Source: Pyrinomonadaceae bacterium (GTDB lineage: Bacteria > Acidobacteriota > Blastocatellia > Pyrinomonadales > Pyrinomonadaceae). Taken from it: 64,000 nt of DNA. A program made the translations under genes and the position numbers. Below, one piece after another: positions 8,145 to 16,597 of this stretch. Within the stretch, counting starts at the first letter, position 1; every line of letters starts with the position of its first letter. The notes under the pieces were generated by a model, which worked only from the letters and a program-made list of their open reading frames with translations, did no database searches and had not been told where the DNA came from. Location of the stretch: contig JBKBYA010000001.1 in assembly GCA_046313635.1 (NCBI GenBank), positions 320,001 through 384,000 on the forward strand, given 5' to 3'.

Positions 8145-9939
8145 CGCCTACACAACGACCGAACAAAAGTTCAACGGCCGCGATCAGGTGCTTGTCACGC
8201 GCCAGACTGACAACACCTCGACTGCCAACCCTCAGACCCATCAGGACGTGACAATGACCTATGACGGTCACGGCCGTATGAAGACCCGGCGCTATCCGGT
8301 CGAGGACGCCGGCGCCTACACCGAGTGGATCTACAATCCCGACGACTCCATACAACAAATAATCGATCCGCGACTTGCGATCACCAATTTCGCTTATAAC
8401 TCGCGCGGGCTTACGACCACGGTCTCATACAGCGTCCCGTCTGGCTCGAGCATTCCCGTGACGCCGACCACGACGTTTGCTTTCGATGATCTGGGAAACC
8501 GAACGATCATGGACACCGCCGGAGTGAGCGCGACTACGTATGCTTACGATCCGCTGTCGCGGCTTACGAGTGAGACGATCGATTTCGACGACCTCGCTTC
8601 GGATTACGCGATTTCATACTCATACCATATCGGCGGCAGCCTGAAATCGGTGACCGACCCGCTGAGCAAAACGATTGACTACACCCATGATAAAGTGGGC
8701 CGCCTGACGGCACTGACGGGCTCGGCGTTTGGGGACAATACGACGGGCAATTATGCCGACAACATTCAGTATCGTGCCTTCGGCTCGGTAAAACAGATGA
8801 CCTACCGGACAAACGACAACGCAGTCGTTTCGATGCAGTATGACAGCCGCCTTCGCGTTAGCCAGCATCAGGTTGCCACTAATGTCTTTACGGGTGGTTA
8901 TTTGAAAAAAGCCGATTTCACGTATTTTGCGGATTCTCGGGCGCAGGCTATGGACAACGACGTCGATCACGTCTTCGACCGCGAGTTCTGGTACGATTTC
9001 GCCGGACGTCTTTCGGCCAGCCGATTCGGGACTTACACGCCCCAGCAGGGGAATTCGATGAACCCGCACGCGCAGTCTATTCAGTACGATGCGTTCTCAA
9101 ACCTAAAAGCCCGGGACACCGAGCAGTGGGGCTCGAATGCGGGCTTTATCCGCGACTATGACGCCGCGAGCGGGCGGCTCCTGGCGGCGGGCACAGGCGA
9201 GACGCTGACCTACGACGCCAGTGGGAATATCGTTTACAGCGGCGTGTCGACAAATTTGTTTCAGGCGACGGTCTTCGATGCGGCGGGCAGCAGGACGGCT
9301 CACACCGAGCGGTGGTCGACCGCCGGGAGCTTTACGCCGATAGTGTCCGAGACTGTTACGAGTCAGGCGTTTGATGGTGACGGGCGGCTGGTCATCGGCA
9401 CACGTCGGACCGACCGGATCAGTTCACCGGCCTCCACCGGCGAACTTGTGTCCACCTATTACATCAATTCGAGTGTACTCGCCAAGCCGGTCACCGAGAT
9501 CGAGTATACGGACGACGCCGAGACTAGCCGCAAGACGAGGATCATTGCCGGCGGAGCGATCGTCGCCGAGCAGCGTCGTCGCGTGGGTGCCGCCGACCGT
9601 GTCGTTTACTTTCATGCCGACCCGGTGACTGGCAGCAAGGAGACGGTAAAGCAGTCGGGCGAACGGGACACCACTTCATTCAGGAACCGCGAGGAATACG
9701 AGCCGCTGGGGCAGTTTGTGCGTTACACGCCGCCGTCGGACAATCCGGACACGCCGCCTAATCCGCTGCCCGGCTCGCCGCTCAACGATGCCAAATTTCC
9801 CGAGTGGCAGTGCAAACTCGCCAGTGGGATCGGGACTCCGGACAACGAGCTTCCGTCGCATTGCAAGCGGGCGATCGAGCAGGACCCGGGCAGTATGTAC
9901 ACCATCTCCTGGAAGGAAAAGGAAACCCCAATAAGGTGA
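8095..9939 (+). CDS. YD/Rhs repeat protein, fragment 2
   Basis: TYDGHGRMK, YNSRGL, FDDLGNR, YDPLSRL, YDFAGRL, YDASGN, YFHADPVTGS, YEPLGQ; ATG 8095 lies inside the insert. Confidence 0.8.
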   Translation: MGNRAARPIVYKWDGTTAYTTTEQKFNGRDQVLVTRQTDNTSTANPQTHQDVTMTYDGHGRMKTRRYPVEDAGAYTEWIYNPDDSIQQIIDPRLAITNFAYNSRGLTTTVSYSVPSGSSIPVTPTTTFAFDDLGNRTIMDTAGVSATTYAYDPLSRLTSETIDFDDLASDYAISYSYHIGGSLKSVTDPLSKTIDYTHDKVGRLTALTGSAFGDNTTGNYADNIQYRAFGSVKQMTYRTNDNAVVSMQYDSRLRVSQHQVATNVFTGGYLKKADFTYFADSRAQAMDNDVDHVFDREFWYDFAGRLSASRFGTYTPQQGNSMNPHAQSIQYDAFSNLKARDTEQWGSNAGFIRDYDAASGRLLAAGTGETLTYDASGNIVYSGVSTNLFQATVFDAAGSRTAHTERWSTAGSFTPIVSETVTSQAFDGDGRLVIGTRRTDRISSPASTGELVSTYYINSSVLAKPVTEIEYTDDAETSRKTRIIAGGAIVAEQRRRVGAADRVVYFHADPVTGSKETVKQSGERDTTSFRNREEYEPLGQFVRYTPPSDNPDTPPNPLPGSPLNDAKFPEWQCKLASGIGTPDNELPSHCKRAIEQDPGSMYTISWKEKETPIR

Positions 9940-10017
9940 CTTCCTTCGTCGACAGCCCGCTGCCGCGTGACTATACTCCCGACCGCGGGTCAACCTATGC
10001 CGCCAAAAGCGTGATGG
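9682..10017 (+). repeat. Cassette homology block A, copy 1
   Basis: Near-identical to 11620-11956 (one 1-bp indel); 9973-10116 also matches 14896-15039. Confidence 0.95.
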
Positions 10018-10763
10018 CCTTTGCCCTGACCGCGACAACAAAGAATTCAGCTAGCGACGGCGAAGATGACTGCGAGCCGAACAATCCGAGAAAGCCCTGC
10101 ATAGTAACCGTCAAGGCCGAGCCGCAGCCGATCGAGATCCCCGACTTTAAGGACGCGAGCGTCGGGCCCCCGCTCGGAGGAGGTCTGAGAATCGTCGGAT
10201 TTGGGAATCGGAGTAAAGAAATTGAGGATCAGATTAGTTTTATGACCGGGAATGAAGGTTGCGCTGAGGCATTTAAGGCAGCGGGACTGCGCACGGTGGG
10301 TGAAATGATCGGAAGCCGCGGTGGACTAAACATTGTCCATTACAAGACGCTAGATGACTCTAGTAACAACTCGCTTTGGAGAGCAGACGAAAACATGCGG
10401 CAGGGAATGCGGGACGGCTACGTAGAGCACATGTATGCGAACGGCTATACAGCCGTCGGTCCGTATAATGACGGCTATTATTCGAGTCTGAGTGACAGAG
10501 CGTTTACGGGCTGGGATGATCCATTGACCACGGTGATCATACACGAAATGATTCATGCGGCAGGCAGTGCCCGGCTGACGGCGGCTGTCCCGAACTACGT
10601 GAATTTTCCGGCAGATAGAGTTGGCAGCGTGATGACCCCCGCGGGCAGGGGGAGGGTCGGCAGCCGAAAACCTAATCATGATTTGGAGTGGATGAATTTT
10701 AGCTATGGGAAGGAGGTGGGGCTATATGACAGTATTATTCGAGCCTGTACACCGAAGTCGTAG
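9936..10763 (+). CDS. Toxin tip 1: HExxH zinc metallopeptidase-like domain
   Basis: TVIIHEMIHAAG...NHDL; lower GC after the EIPDFKDAS junction; start uncertain (GTG 9936). Confidence 0.65.
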   Translation: MTSFVDSPLPRDYTPDRGSTYAAKSVMAFALTATTKNSASDGEDDCEPNNPRKPCIVTVKAEPQPIEIPDFKDASVGPPLGGGLRIVGFGNRSKEIEDQISFMTGNEGCAEAFKAAGLRTVGEMIGSRGGLNIVHYKTLDDSSNNSLWRADENMRQGMRDGYVEHMYANGYTAVGPYNDGYYSSLSDRAFTGWDDPLTTVIIHEMIHAAGSARLTAAVPNYVNFPADRVGSVMTPAGRGRVGSRKPNHDLEWMNFSYGKEVGLYDSIIRACTPKS

Positions 10764-10773
10764 CCACACATTA

Positions 10774-11262
10774 ATGGAAGTCGCTCATATTCTGACGCTT
10801 CTCATAGCACTTTCTATTTGTGCTTGTCTTTTCGTGAGTCATGTGGCCTTTGATGCCGGCTACGGAGTCGGAATTTTGTCTTGTAGCAAGCCTACAGACC
10901 TTCGCTTCGCTGTCGACAAACTACCCACAACTTACGCTTACCTCGCTAGTTATTATCAAGCGATAGCTGTTTTTCTTCTCGTATGCGCTGGTATTGAAGT
11001 AATGCTGCGGCTGGCCATCAAAGAAACCTACTTGTATACCTTCTTGATGTCGATTGCGACCTCGATTTTTTTGGGCCTATCGCTCTACAGGATGTGGTGG
11101 GTAATAGCGGAAAAGTCTTTACGGGCTAACACTTCTTTCTGGTTAGAGCCTTACGATGAATTAATGCGTGTTTCGGTTCCCGCTGATTGGATCTTGGTGT
11201 GTTTGATTCTTCTTTCATTCCTGACAACAATCGGCCGTGTAACTTCGTTGAAGCATTCGTAG
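10774..11262 (+). CDS. Putative immunity protein 1 (about 4 TM)
   Basis: AT-rich hydrophobic ORF 10 bp after the toxin tip stop. Confidence 0.6.
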   Translation: MEVAHILTLLIALSICACLFVSHVAFDAGYGVGILSCSKPTDLRFAVDKLPTTYAYLASYYQAIAVFLLVCAGIEVMLRLAIKETYLYTFLMSIATSIFLGLSLYRMWWVIAEKSLRANTSFWLEPYDELMRVSVPADWILVCLILLSFLTTIGRVTSLKHS

Positions 11263-11304
11263 TCCGACCGATGCTCGGCATGGTGGCTGGGCTATGACGA
11301 AGCT

Positions 11305-11610
11305 GGGGTCAGTGCTGCAATTTGTGTAAATCTTGGATCTACCATGATGTCGAAACACATCGATATCATGAGGCACGGTCGCCGAGGGCAGATGTCGGCC
11401 TGGGAAGTCCTGATAGCTGCGTCGAGGCTCGTTGCAAACTCCCGCAAACTGTGGAACCTGACCAGCCTGAATACCTCGACCGTCAGCCGGCGCACGACTC
11501 GGCCCCTCGTCACATCAAAGATGAAGACCGGTTTCGCCAACTCGTGGACAAGATCGTCACGGTTTACAGCCAGACCAAACGAGAATTGCGCAAATTGCAG
11601 CACTGACCCC
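11305..11610. mobile_element. 306-bp non-autonomous element with terminal inverted repeats (MITE/RAYT-like remnant)
   Basis: GGGGTCAGTGCTGCAATTTG at 11305-11324 and its perfect reverse complement at 11591-11610; frameshifted HTH-like remnant (LNTSTVSRR/HDSA...FRQLVDKI) whose stop lies in the right repeat. Confidence 0.7.
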
Positions 11611-11619
11611 GACTTTCTG

Positions 11620-12693
11620 AGGAACCGCGAGGAATACGAGCCGCTGGGGCAGTTTGTGCGTTACACGCCGCCGTCGGACAATCCGGACACGCCGCCCAAC
11701 CCGCTGCCCGGCTCGCCGCTCAACGATGCCAAATTTCCCGAGTGGCAGTGCAAACTCGCCAGTGGGATCGGGACTCCGGACAATGAACTTCCGTCGCATT
11801 GCAAGCGGGCGATCGAGCAGGACCCGGGCAGTATGTACACCATCTCCTGGAAGGAAGAAGGAAACCCCAATAAGGTGACTTCCTTCGTCGACAGCCCGCT
11901 GCCGCGTGACTATACTCCCGACCGCGGATCAACCTATGCCGCCAAAAGCGCGATGGGGTCCGCGCTCACTTCGTCCAGCAAACCGGACTCAAAGAAAGGG
12001 AAGAAATCGCGAAGCGGACAGGCCGACGAGCCACTAATTGACATCGGGACCTTTAACGTTGACGCTGAAAAACCCGACGGACCGCAGCCGATCGAGATTC
12101 CGGACTTTATGGACGCGAGCGTCGGGGCGTTTGTTGAGGATTACCAACACCTGCGCGATGAGTATGACAAGATAGGAGCGATAAGAGACGTTATTAATTA
12201 CGCTAAATCTAGGAAAGAATGTGACGACGCGTTCAGAGCTGTTGGTGCGACGCCGATAGGGGAGCAGCTGAATAACCTGACCATTGTTGCTCAGAACCTC
12301 TTCGCCGAACCCTTACATGACAATGTGAATGATTGGACCAGAGGAACCCCGGTCGCTAAGGGTATGCGTGAAACACTAAAGGAACACCCGGGAACGAAAG
12401 ATGTTTCAACCATCGGTACCTACAAGTACCTGCGACCCGATAATACGTTTGTCGATAGTAACCACCGTTTTTTGGGTGTAACGAATGCGGCGTTTGATGG
12501 AACTCAACATCTGTCGGTGGTAATAATTCATTCGCTCCTTCATACAGGCGGAGTCCCTGGGCGGAAGCCGAGCTGGACGGAACAGCTTTCTCTCAAAACC
12601 ACCGTGGAAACACACGATCTAACCTATTTGGGTAGTAAGTACCAAGACATTCTCAAACATTGCACACGAGAGAAAGGCTCGAAGATCCTGTAG
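11620..12693 (+). CDS. Orphan toxin cassette 2: block A + linker + HSxxH paralogue of tip 1
   Basis: Begins with the 337-bp repeat; tip has ECDDAF, VIIHSLLHTGG, THDL, YQDILKHCT, aligning with tip 1; no clear dedicated 5' start. Confidence 0.7.
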   Translation, partial: RNREEYEPLGQFVRYTPPSDNPDTPPNPLPGSPLNDAKFPEWQCKLASGIGTPDNELPSHCKRAIEQDPGSMYTISWKEEGNPNKVTSFVDSPLPRDYTPDRGSTYAAKSAMGSALTSSSKPDSKKGKKSRSGQADEPLIDIGTFNVDAEKPDGPQPIEIPDFMDASVGAFVEDYQHLRDEYDKIGAIRDVINYAKSRKECDDAFRAVGATPIGEQLNNLTIVAQNLFAEPLHDNVNDWTRGTPVAKGMRETLKEHPGTKDVSTIGTYKYLRPDNTFVDSNHRFLGVTNAAFDGTQHLSVVIIHSLLHTGGVPGRKPSWTEQLSLKTTVETHDLTYLGSKYQDILKHCTREKGSKIL

Positions 12694-12710
12694 CGCATGG
12701 GAGTACGAAA

Positions 12711-13172
12711 ATGATTATGAGCACTGCAAAGCGCTTTCAGAAAGCTCTACTTCTCGTTGGGTTGTTCGGCTTCGCCATGTCTTTTTCGCTGGCTGCGTAT
12801 GGCTTTCTGCTGGCGAAGGAACGTGAAGCCCGTGTTGCGTTTAGCTCGATTAATCCCGGCGTGAATCTTTTTTGGGAGATGGCCTTCCTGTACGGAGTCT
12901 TAGGCGTTCTTTTCTTTCTTTGCGTAGTCTTGAGCAAATGGAAGAGTGGGCTAAAGTTCATTATCTTGATTCCGCTTTTTTTTCTGATGACTATCTATGA
13001 GCTTAAGCTAATTTCGGCATCAGGCATTGTTTCGCCGATCTGGCCGGAGTACGAGTTTTGCAATTTCCTATTCGATAAAGGCGCCTTCTTTTTGCTTTTT
13101 TGGTCCACTCTAGAATTTGTCTTGAATCTAACCGTTTGGCGGCTTACAAGGGCACACAAGGATTTGCCTTAG
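12711..13172 (+). CDS. Putative immunity protein 2 (about 4 TM)
   Basis: AT-rich hydrophobic ORF 17 bp after the cassette 2 stop. Confidence 0.6.
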   Translation: MIMSTAKRFQKALLLVGLFGFAMSFSLAAYGFLLAKEREARVAFSSINPGVNLFWEMAFLYGVLGVLFFLCVVLSKWKSGLKFIILIPLFFLMTIYELKLISASGIVSPIWPEYEFCNFLFDKGAFFLLFWSTLEFVLNLTVWRLTRAHKDLP

Positions 13173-13350
13173 CCGGAACGGCGGCATCTTTTAAGTGTTC
13201 AAGGCCACCTTTTCTCAGAACGCCCAACTTTTTCCGTTGATTGAGTGAGTAGATATGAACCGATTCTTCAAAGGGGCATTCTTCAAATCGTAAGCTTCCC
13301 CTAAACGTGCACAGTTGAAAAGTGGAGTTTTCTGACATCATAGGAGATGG

Positions 13351-14567
13351 TGAGCTACCCCCTATTCTTGTTACCGATCTAAATGAGAGAGTTCCGGGCA
13401 TCCTGGTGTTTTTGAACCGCCTCGTTCGGGGTCAGACCGGACAGTGCGCTGTGGGGTCTGAAACCGTTGTAATCATGTTTGAACGCCTGGACCTTCTCGA
13501 CGGCGTCTTCGATCGACAGGAACCAGTTTACGTTCAGGCATTCGTCCCGGAAGCTTCCGTTGAACGATTCAATGAAGGCATTATCGGTCGGCTTTCCGGG
13601 GCGAGAGAAGTCCAGCGTGACATCGTTCTCATAGGCCCAGTGGTCGAGCACCTTCGAGATAAACTCGCTGCCGTTATCGACCTGTATTCGGTTCGGCACC
13701 ACGCCTCTCGTCCGCTTGATCCGCTCCATAACATTCACCACATCGGGGCCTTTCAACGACTGGCCGACCTCGATCTCCACACACTCCCGACTAAAATTAT
13801 CGACTAAAGTTAAGACCCTGAAACGGCGACCGTCGAACAGCTGATCTGCTACGAAGTCCATGCTCCAGCACTCATGCGGGCCGGTCAGTATGGGTCGCTC
13901 CATCCGGTGTGCTGCCGCCTTACGCCGCCGCGGCCTCTTCCGCCTAAGGTTCAAGCCTTCTTCCTTGTAAATACGGTACGTACGCTTGTGATTATCCCGC
14001 CAGCCTTCCCGCCGCAGCACCGTCTGGATCCGCCAGAATCCGTACCTTACCCGCGTCTCCGCGATCTCCCTCATTCGCTTTCGCAACGCCCGGTCATCCC
14101 GAGGTCGCTCGACGTACCGGAACACTTTCCGCGAGATCGCAACCACCGAACACACCCGGCTCTCCGAGACCCGGTACGATTCCAATAACCACCTTACTAA
14201 CTGCTTTTTCTGCTTTGCCTTCAGACACTTTTTTTTAACACGTCCTGCAGCATCTGCTTGTCCAATGTCAGATCCGCCACGACCCGCTTCAATTGCAGAT
14301 TCTCTTCTTCGAGCTGCCTCAGCCTTCTCAACTCCGCCGTCCCAAGCCCGTCGTATTTCTTCTTCCAGTTGTAGAATGTCGCCTCGCTCACACCCATCTT
14401 CCGGCAGACCTCCGCGACTGTCACCCCAGTCTCCGCCTGCTTCAACGCGAACACGATCTGCTGCTCCGTAAACTTCGATCTCTTCATGGTAATTATGTCT
14501 CCTCATACTGTCATAATTACCCGGCTTCCTCTATTTTAGTTCGGTATCATTTTTCGGGGGGACGTCA
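13351..14567 (-). mobile_element. IS3 family insertion sequence (IS407-like)
   Basis: Imperfect TIRs TGAGCTACCCCC...TACCGATCTAAA / TGACGTCCCCCC...TACCGAACTAAA; orfA and orfB; no exact target duplication. Confidence 0.9.
13379..14487 (-). CDS. IS3 transposase OrfAB (orfA 14221-14487; -1 frameshift at the A8 run 14229-14236)
   Basis: OrfA MKRSKFTEQQI HTH; OrfB WSMDF, VDNGSEF, PGKPTDNAFIESFNGSFRDECLN (DDE). Confidence 0.92.
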
Positions 14568-14586
14568 ATTTTTCGGGGGGACGTCA
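14549..14586. repeat. Tandem duplication of the terminal 19 bp of the IS3 end
   Basis: ATTTTTCGGGGGGACGTCA twice (14549-14567, 14568-14586). Confidence 0.9.
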
Positions 14587-14679
14587 ATCGAGAAGAAATG
14601 GACGATGCCGGTCCAAAACTGGAAGGCTGCCCTGAATCGCTTCGCGATTCTTTACGAAGATCGCGTCCCGATCGCATGA
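14587..14679 (+). pseudogene. IS256 family transposase, C-terminal remnant
   Basis: IEKKWTMPVQNWKAALNRFAILYEDR is a typical IS256 C-terminus. Confidence 0.8.
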
Positions 14680-14689
14680 AATGAAACCG

Positions 14690-14781
14690 GCTGTGGAAAT
14701 GCCGCTCATGTGGAAAAGCAAAAAACGCTTTCCCACAATCGCTTGGAAAAGCCCAAAACCGCTTTTCCACATTCCCACAGC
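14690..14781. repeat. Nested palindromic (three-way junction) element downstream of the transposase remnant
   Basis: Outer GCTGTGGAAATG/CATTCCCACAGC enclosing two GGAAAAGC/GCTTT(T/C)CC hairpins. Confidence 0.7.
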
Positions 14782-14936
14782 TTCGGCTGCTGGATAAATT
14801 CATTAAGAAAAAAGGGAGGAAACCCAAAAATCTTTGACAGACAATTGCCACCTTAAGAAAGTGCTTTTCCTGTCTAGACAAAGGGGTTCACTTTAATACT
14901 CCCGACCGCGGATCGACCTATGCCGCCAAAAGCGCG

Positions 14937-15728
14937 ATGGCCTTTGCCCTGACCGCGACAACAAAGAATTCAGCTAGCGACGGCGAAGATGACTGCGAGC
15001 CCAACAATCCGAGAAAGCCCTGCATCGTCACTGTCAAGGACGAGCCGAACGAACCGCGGGTCGAGGTAAGAGTAAGCGACGAAATCCCGGACTTTGACGA
15101 GATCCCGGACTTTAAGGACGCGAGCCAATTCGAAACGAACTTTGGCCCAGGGGAGCCCAGCACTGAGTCAACCCGAGGAGCTGGAAACATCGGTACTTTT
15201 CCACGTCAAACACAACGACTAAGCCAAGAAGAGTGTGACAAGAAAATTGCTTCAATATTCGGCGGGCCCGGGGCCGTCGCCGCGACCGCAACAGAACCTG
15301 CTACTTTGCTTAACCCTGTTGCGGGGGCCGATCGTTCTGCGCACTTGGCAAATAACGGGACCTTTCATATCTATACAAACTCAGAAGGCTCATCCGCTAC
15401 TGTAGGGCTGTATGCACCGCCCGGTTGGAAGGGTAAAGTAGGCCCAGAGAACGTTTACTTCGGAAAAGACGATTTGGGCGTCAAAGGTGAACTAAATTAC
15501 AACTTTTTCAGGTTCTACTACCGTGGGGGATTGTCAATTTCGTTCCTCCACGTGGGCAGCCCGGGTATCAAGCCTAACGAGAGAAATTCAGCCGGATCAA
15601 TTCTGATCGGAAACATCGGGGGACCAAATACAGGTGGAGAAGGTGGCACGGGCTATCAGCATTCTCACGTGAACGTGTATAAGAACGGTGCGAGAATAGA
15701 CCCCCGAAAAATTTTCTGTGGATGGTAA
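14937..15728 (+). CDS. Orphan toxin cassette 3 (5' truncated; homology starts at 14896): M23-peptidase-like tip
   Basis: 144-bp match to 9973-10116; ISFLHVG, IGNIGG, QHSHVNVYKNGARIDP resemble the M23 HxH C-terminus. Confidence 0.6.
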   Translation: MAFALTATTKNSASDGEDDCEPNNPRKPCIVTVKDEPNEPRVEVRVSDEIPDFDEIPDFKDASQFETNFGPGEPSTESTRGAGNIGTFPRQTQRLSQEECDKKIASIFGGPGAVAATATEPATLLNPVAGADRSAHLANNGTFHIYTNSEGSSATVGLYAPPGWKGKVGPENVYFGKDDLGVKGELNYNFFRFYYRGGLSISFLHVGSPGIKPNERNSAGSILIGNIGGPNTGGEGGTGYQHSHVNVYKNGARIDPRKIFCGW

Positions 15729-16270
15729 CAAGCATTATGGGAAAAAGAATGTTGATTGTTGCGTCAGCGGTGACTGCGATTTTTGTTTGTTGGCACGGCG
15801 CAGCAGCACAAAATAAAACTGACTCAGCCCCTTATCCAATTGAAAGGGTAGCAACAGCTCCGACAAGTTGCGAGTTTAATATTGCGATCCTTGATGCCGC
15901 CCATTCCCGAGCTGGAAACAATAGTTTGATCATTGTGGTTGCAAGGCTAGGTCAAAGCGAAAGTTCGCGCGATCTCAATCGCCGTCGACTACACAATGTT
16001 AAGACCTATTTGGAACAGTTTGCCCGAAGGAAATCGCAAACTATTATTACGGCCGAAGGTTCTCGTGTGACCGGTTACGGACTGGTTGAGTTGTATGTTA
16101 ACGGTGAACATTTCTACACTCTGAAACTCAAGAACAATTCTGATTTGATCGTTGGCCTGTGCTCTTACGATGTTGAAAATCCGTGCAGGCTCGAAAGGGA
16201 GAGCAAATTATATCCATGCTTGAGCCCTAGACCACCGCGAAAGAAATACAGAGGAACCCGCGCGGGATGA
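15722..16270 (+). CDS. Putative periplasmic immunity protein 3
   Basis: Overlaps the tip 3 stop; signal peptide (AAA-Q); AT-rich. Confidence 0.6.
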   Translation: MVTSIMGKRMLIVASAVTAIFVCWHGAAAQNKTDSAPYPIERVATAPTSCEFNIAILDAAHSRAGNNSLIIVVARLGQSESSRDLNRRRLHNVKTYLEQFARRKSQTIITAEGSRVTGYGLVELYVNGEHFYTLKLKNNSDLIVGLCSYDVENPCRLERESKLYPCLSPRPPRKKYRGTRAG

Positions 16271-16597
16271 AAACCGGATCGGCGGATCTCATGATTTGTT
16301 AACTCGAGAGTTGGGAAAGGAAAGCGGTCAAAAACAGACTGGCGGTGAGGGCCGTGCAGTGGTCGAGAGGTCGGGGCATCGCAGTAATCATATGAGCAGC
16401 CCCCGCAGGCGACGCTGGCCACATCGGTCACGGGTTTCAGGTCTGATCGACGGTTTTGGGAAGCGTGCTGACCCCGTTTGCTCCGGACGGTTCGAAATCC
16501 ACGACGAATGTTTACGCCGGTTCGGCATTGATCTGTTTCCCCGCCCTGCATCCGTGGATCATGAAAGCCCCGCTTCGTTTGGGGCTTTACTTTGCGA

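Larger units (their letters stand above)
6301..10763 (+). pseudogene. Split/disrupted YD-repeat (Rhs-like) polymorphic toxin gene
   Basis: SD AAGGAG + ATG 6301 gives 21 aa, then ORFs 6363-8105, 8095-9939 and 9936-10763. Removing the 61-bp insertion and restoring one G near 9918 (present in the copy near 11857) makes 6363-10763 one frame. Confidence 0.75.

Noticed and set aside
11344..11619. N-terminal 92 codons of the 449-aa ORF as a real protein segment
   Set aside because: They lie inside the inverted-repeat element and are fortuitously in frame with cassette 2.
9682..11956. Diversity-generating retroelement TR/VR pair
   Set aside because: The few differences are not adenine-specific and no reverse transcriptase is present; orphan cassette homology explains the repeat.
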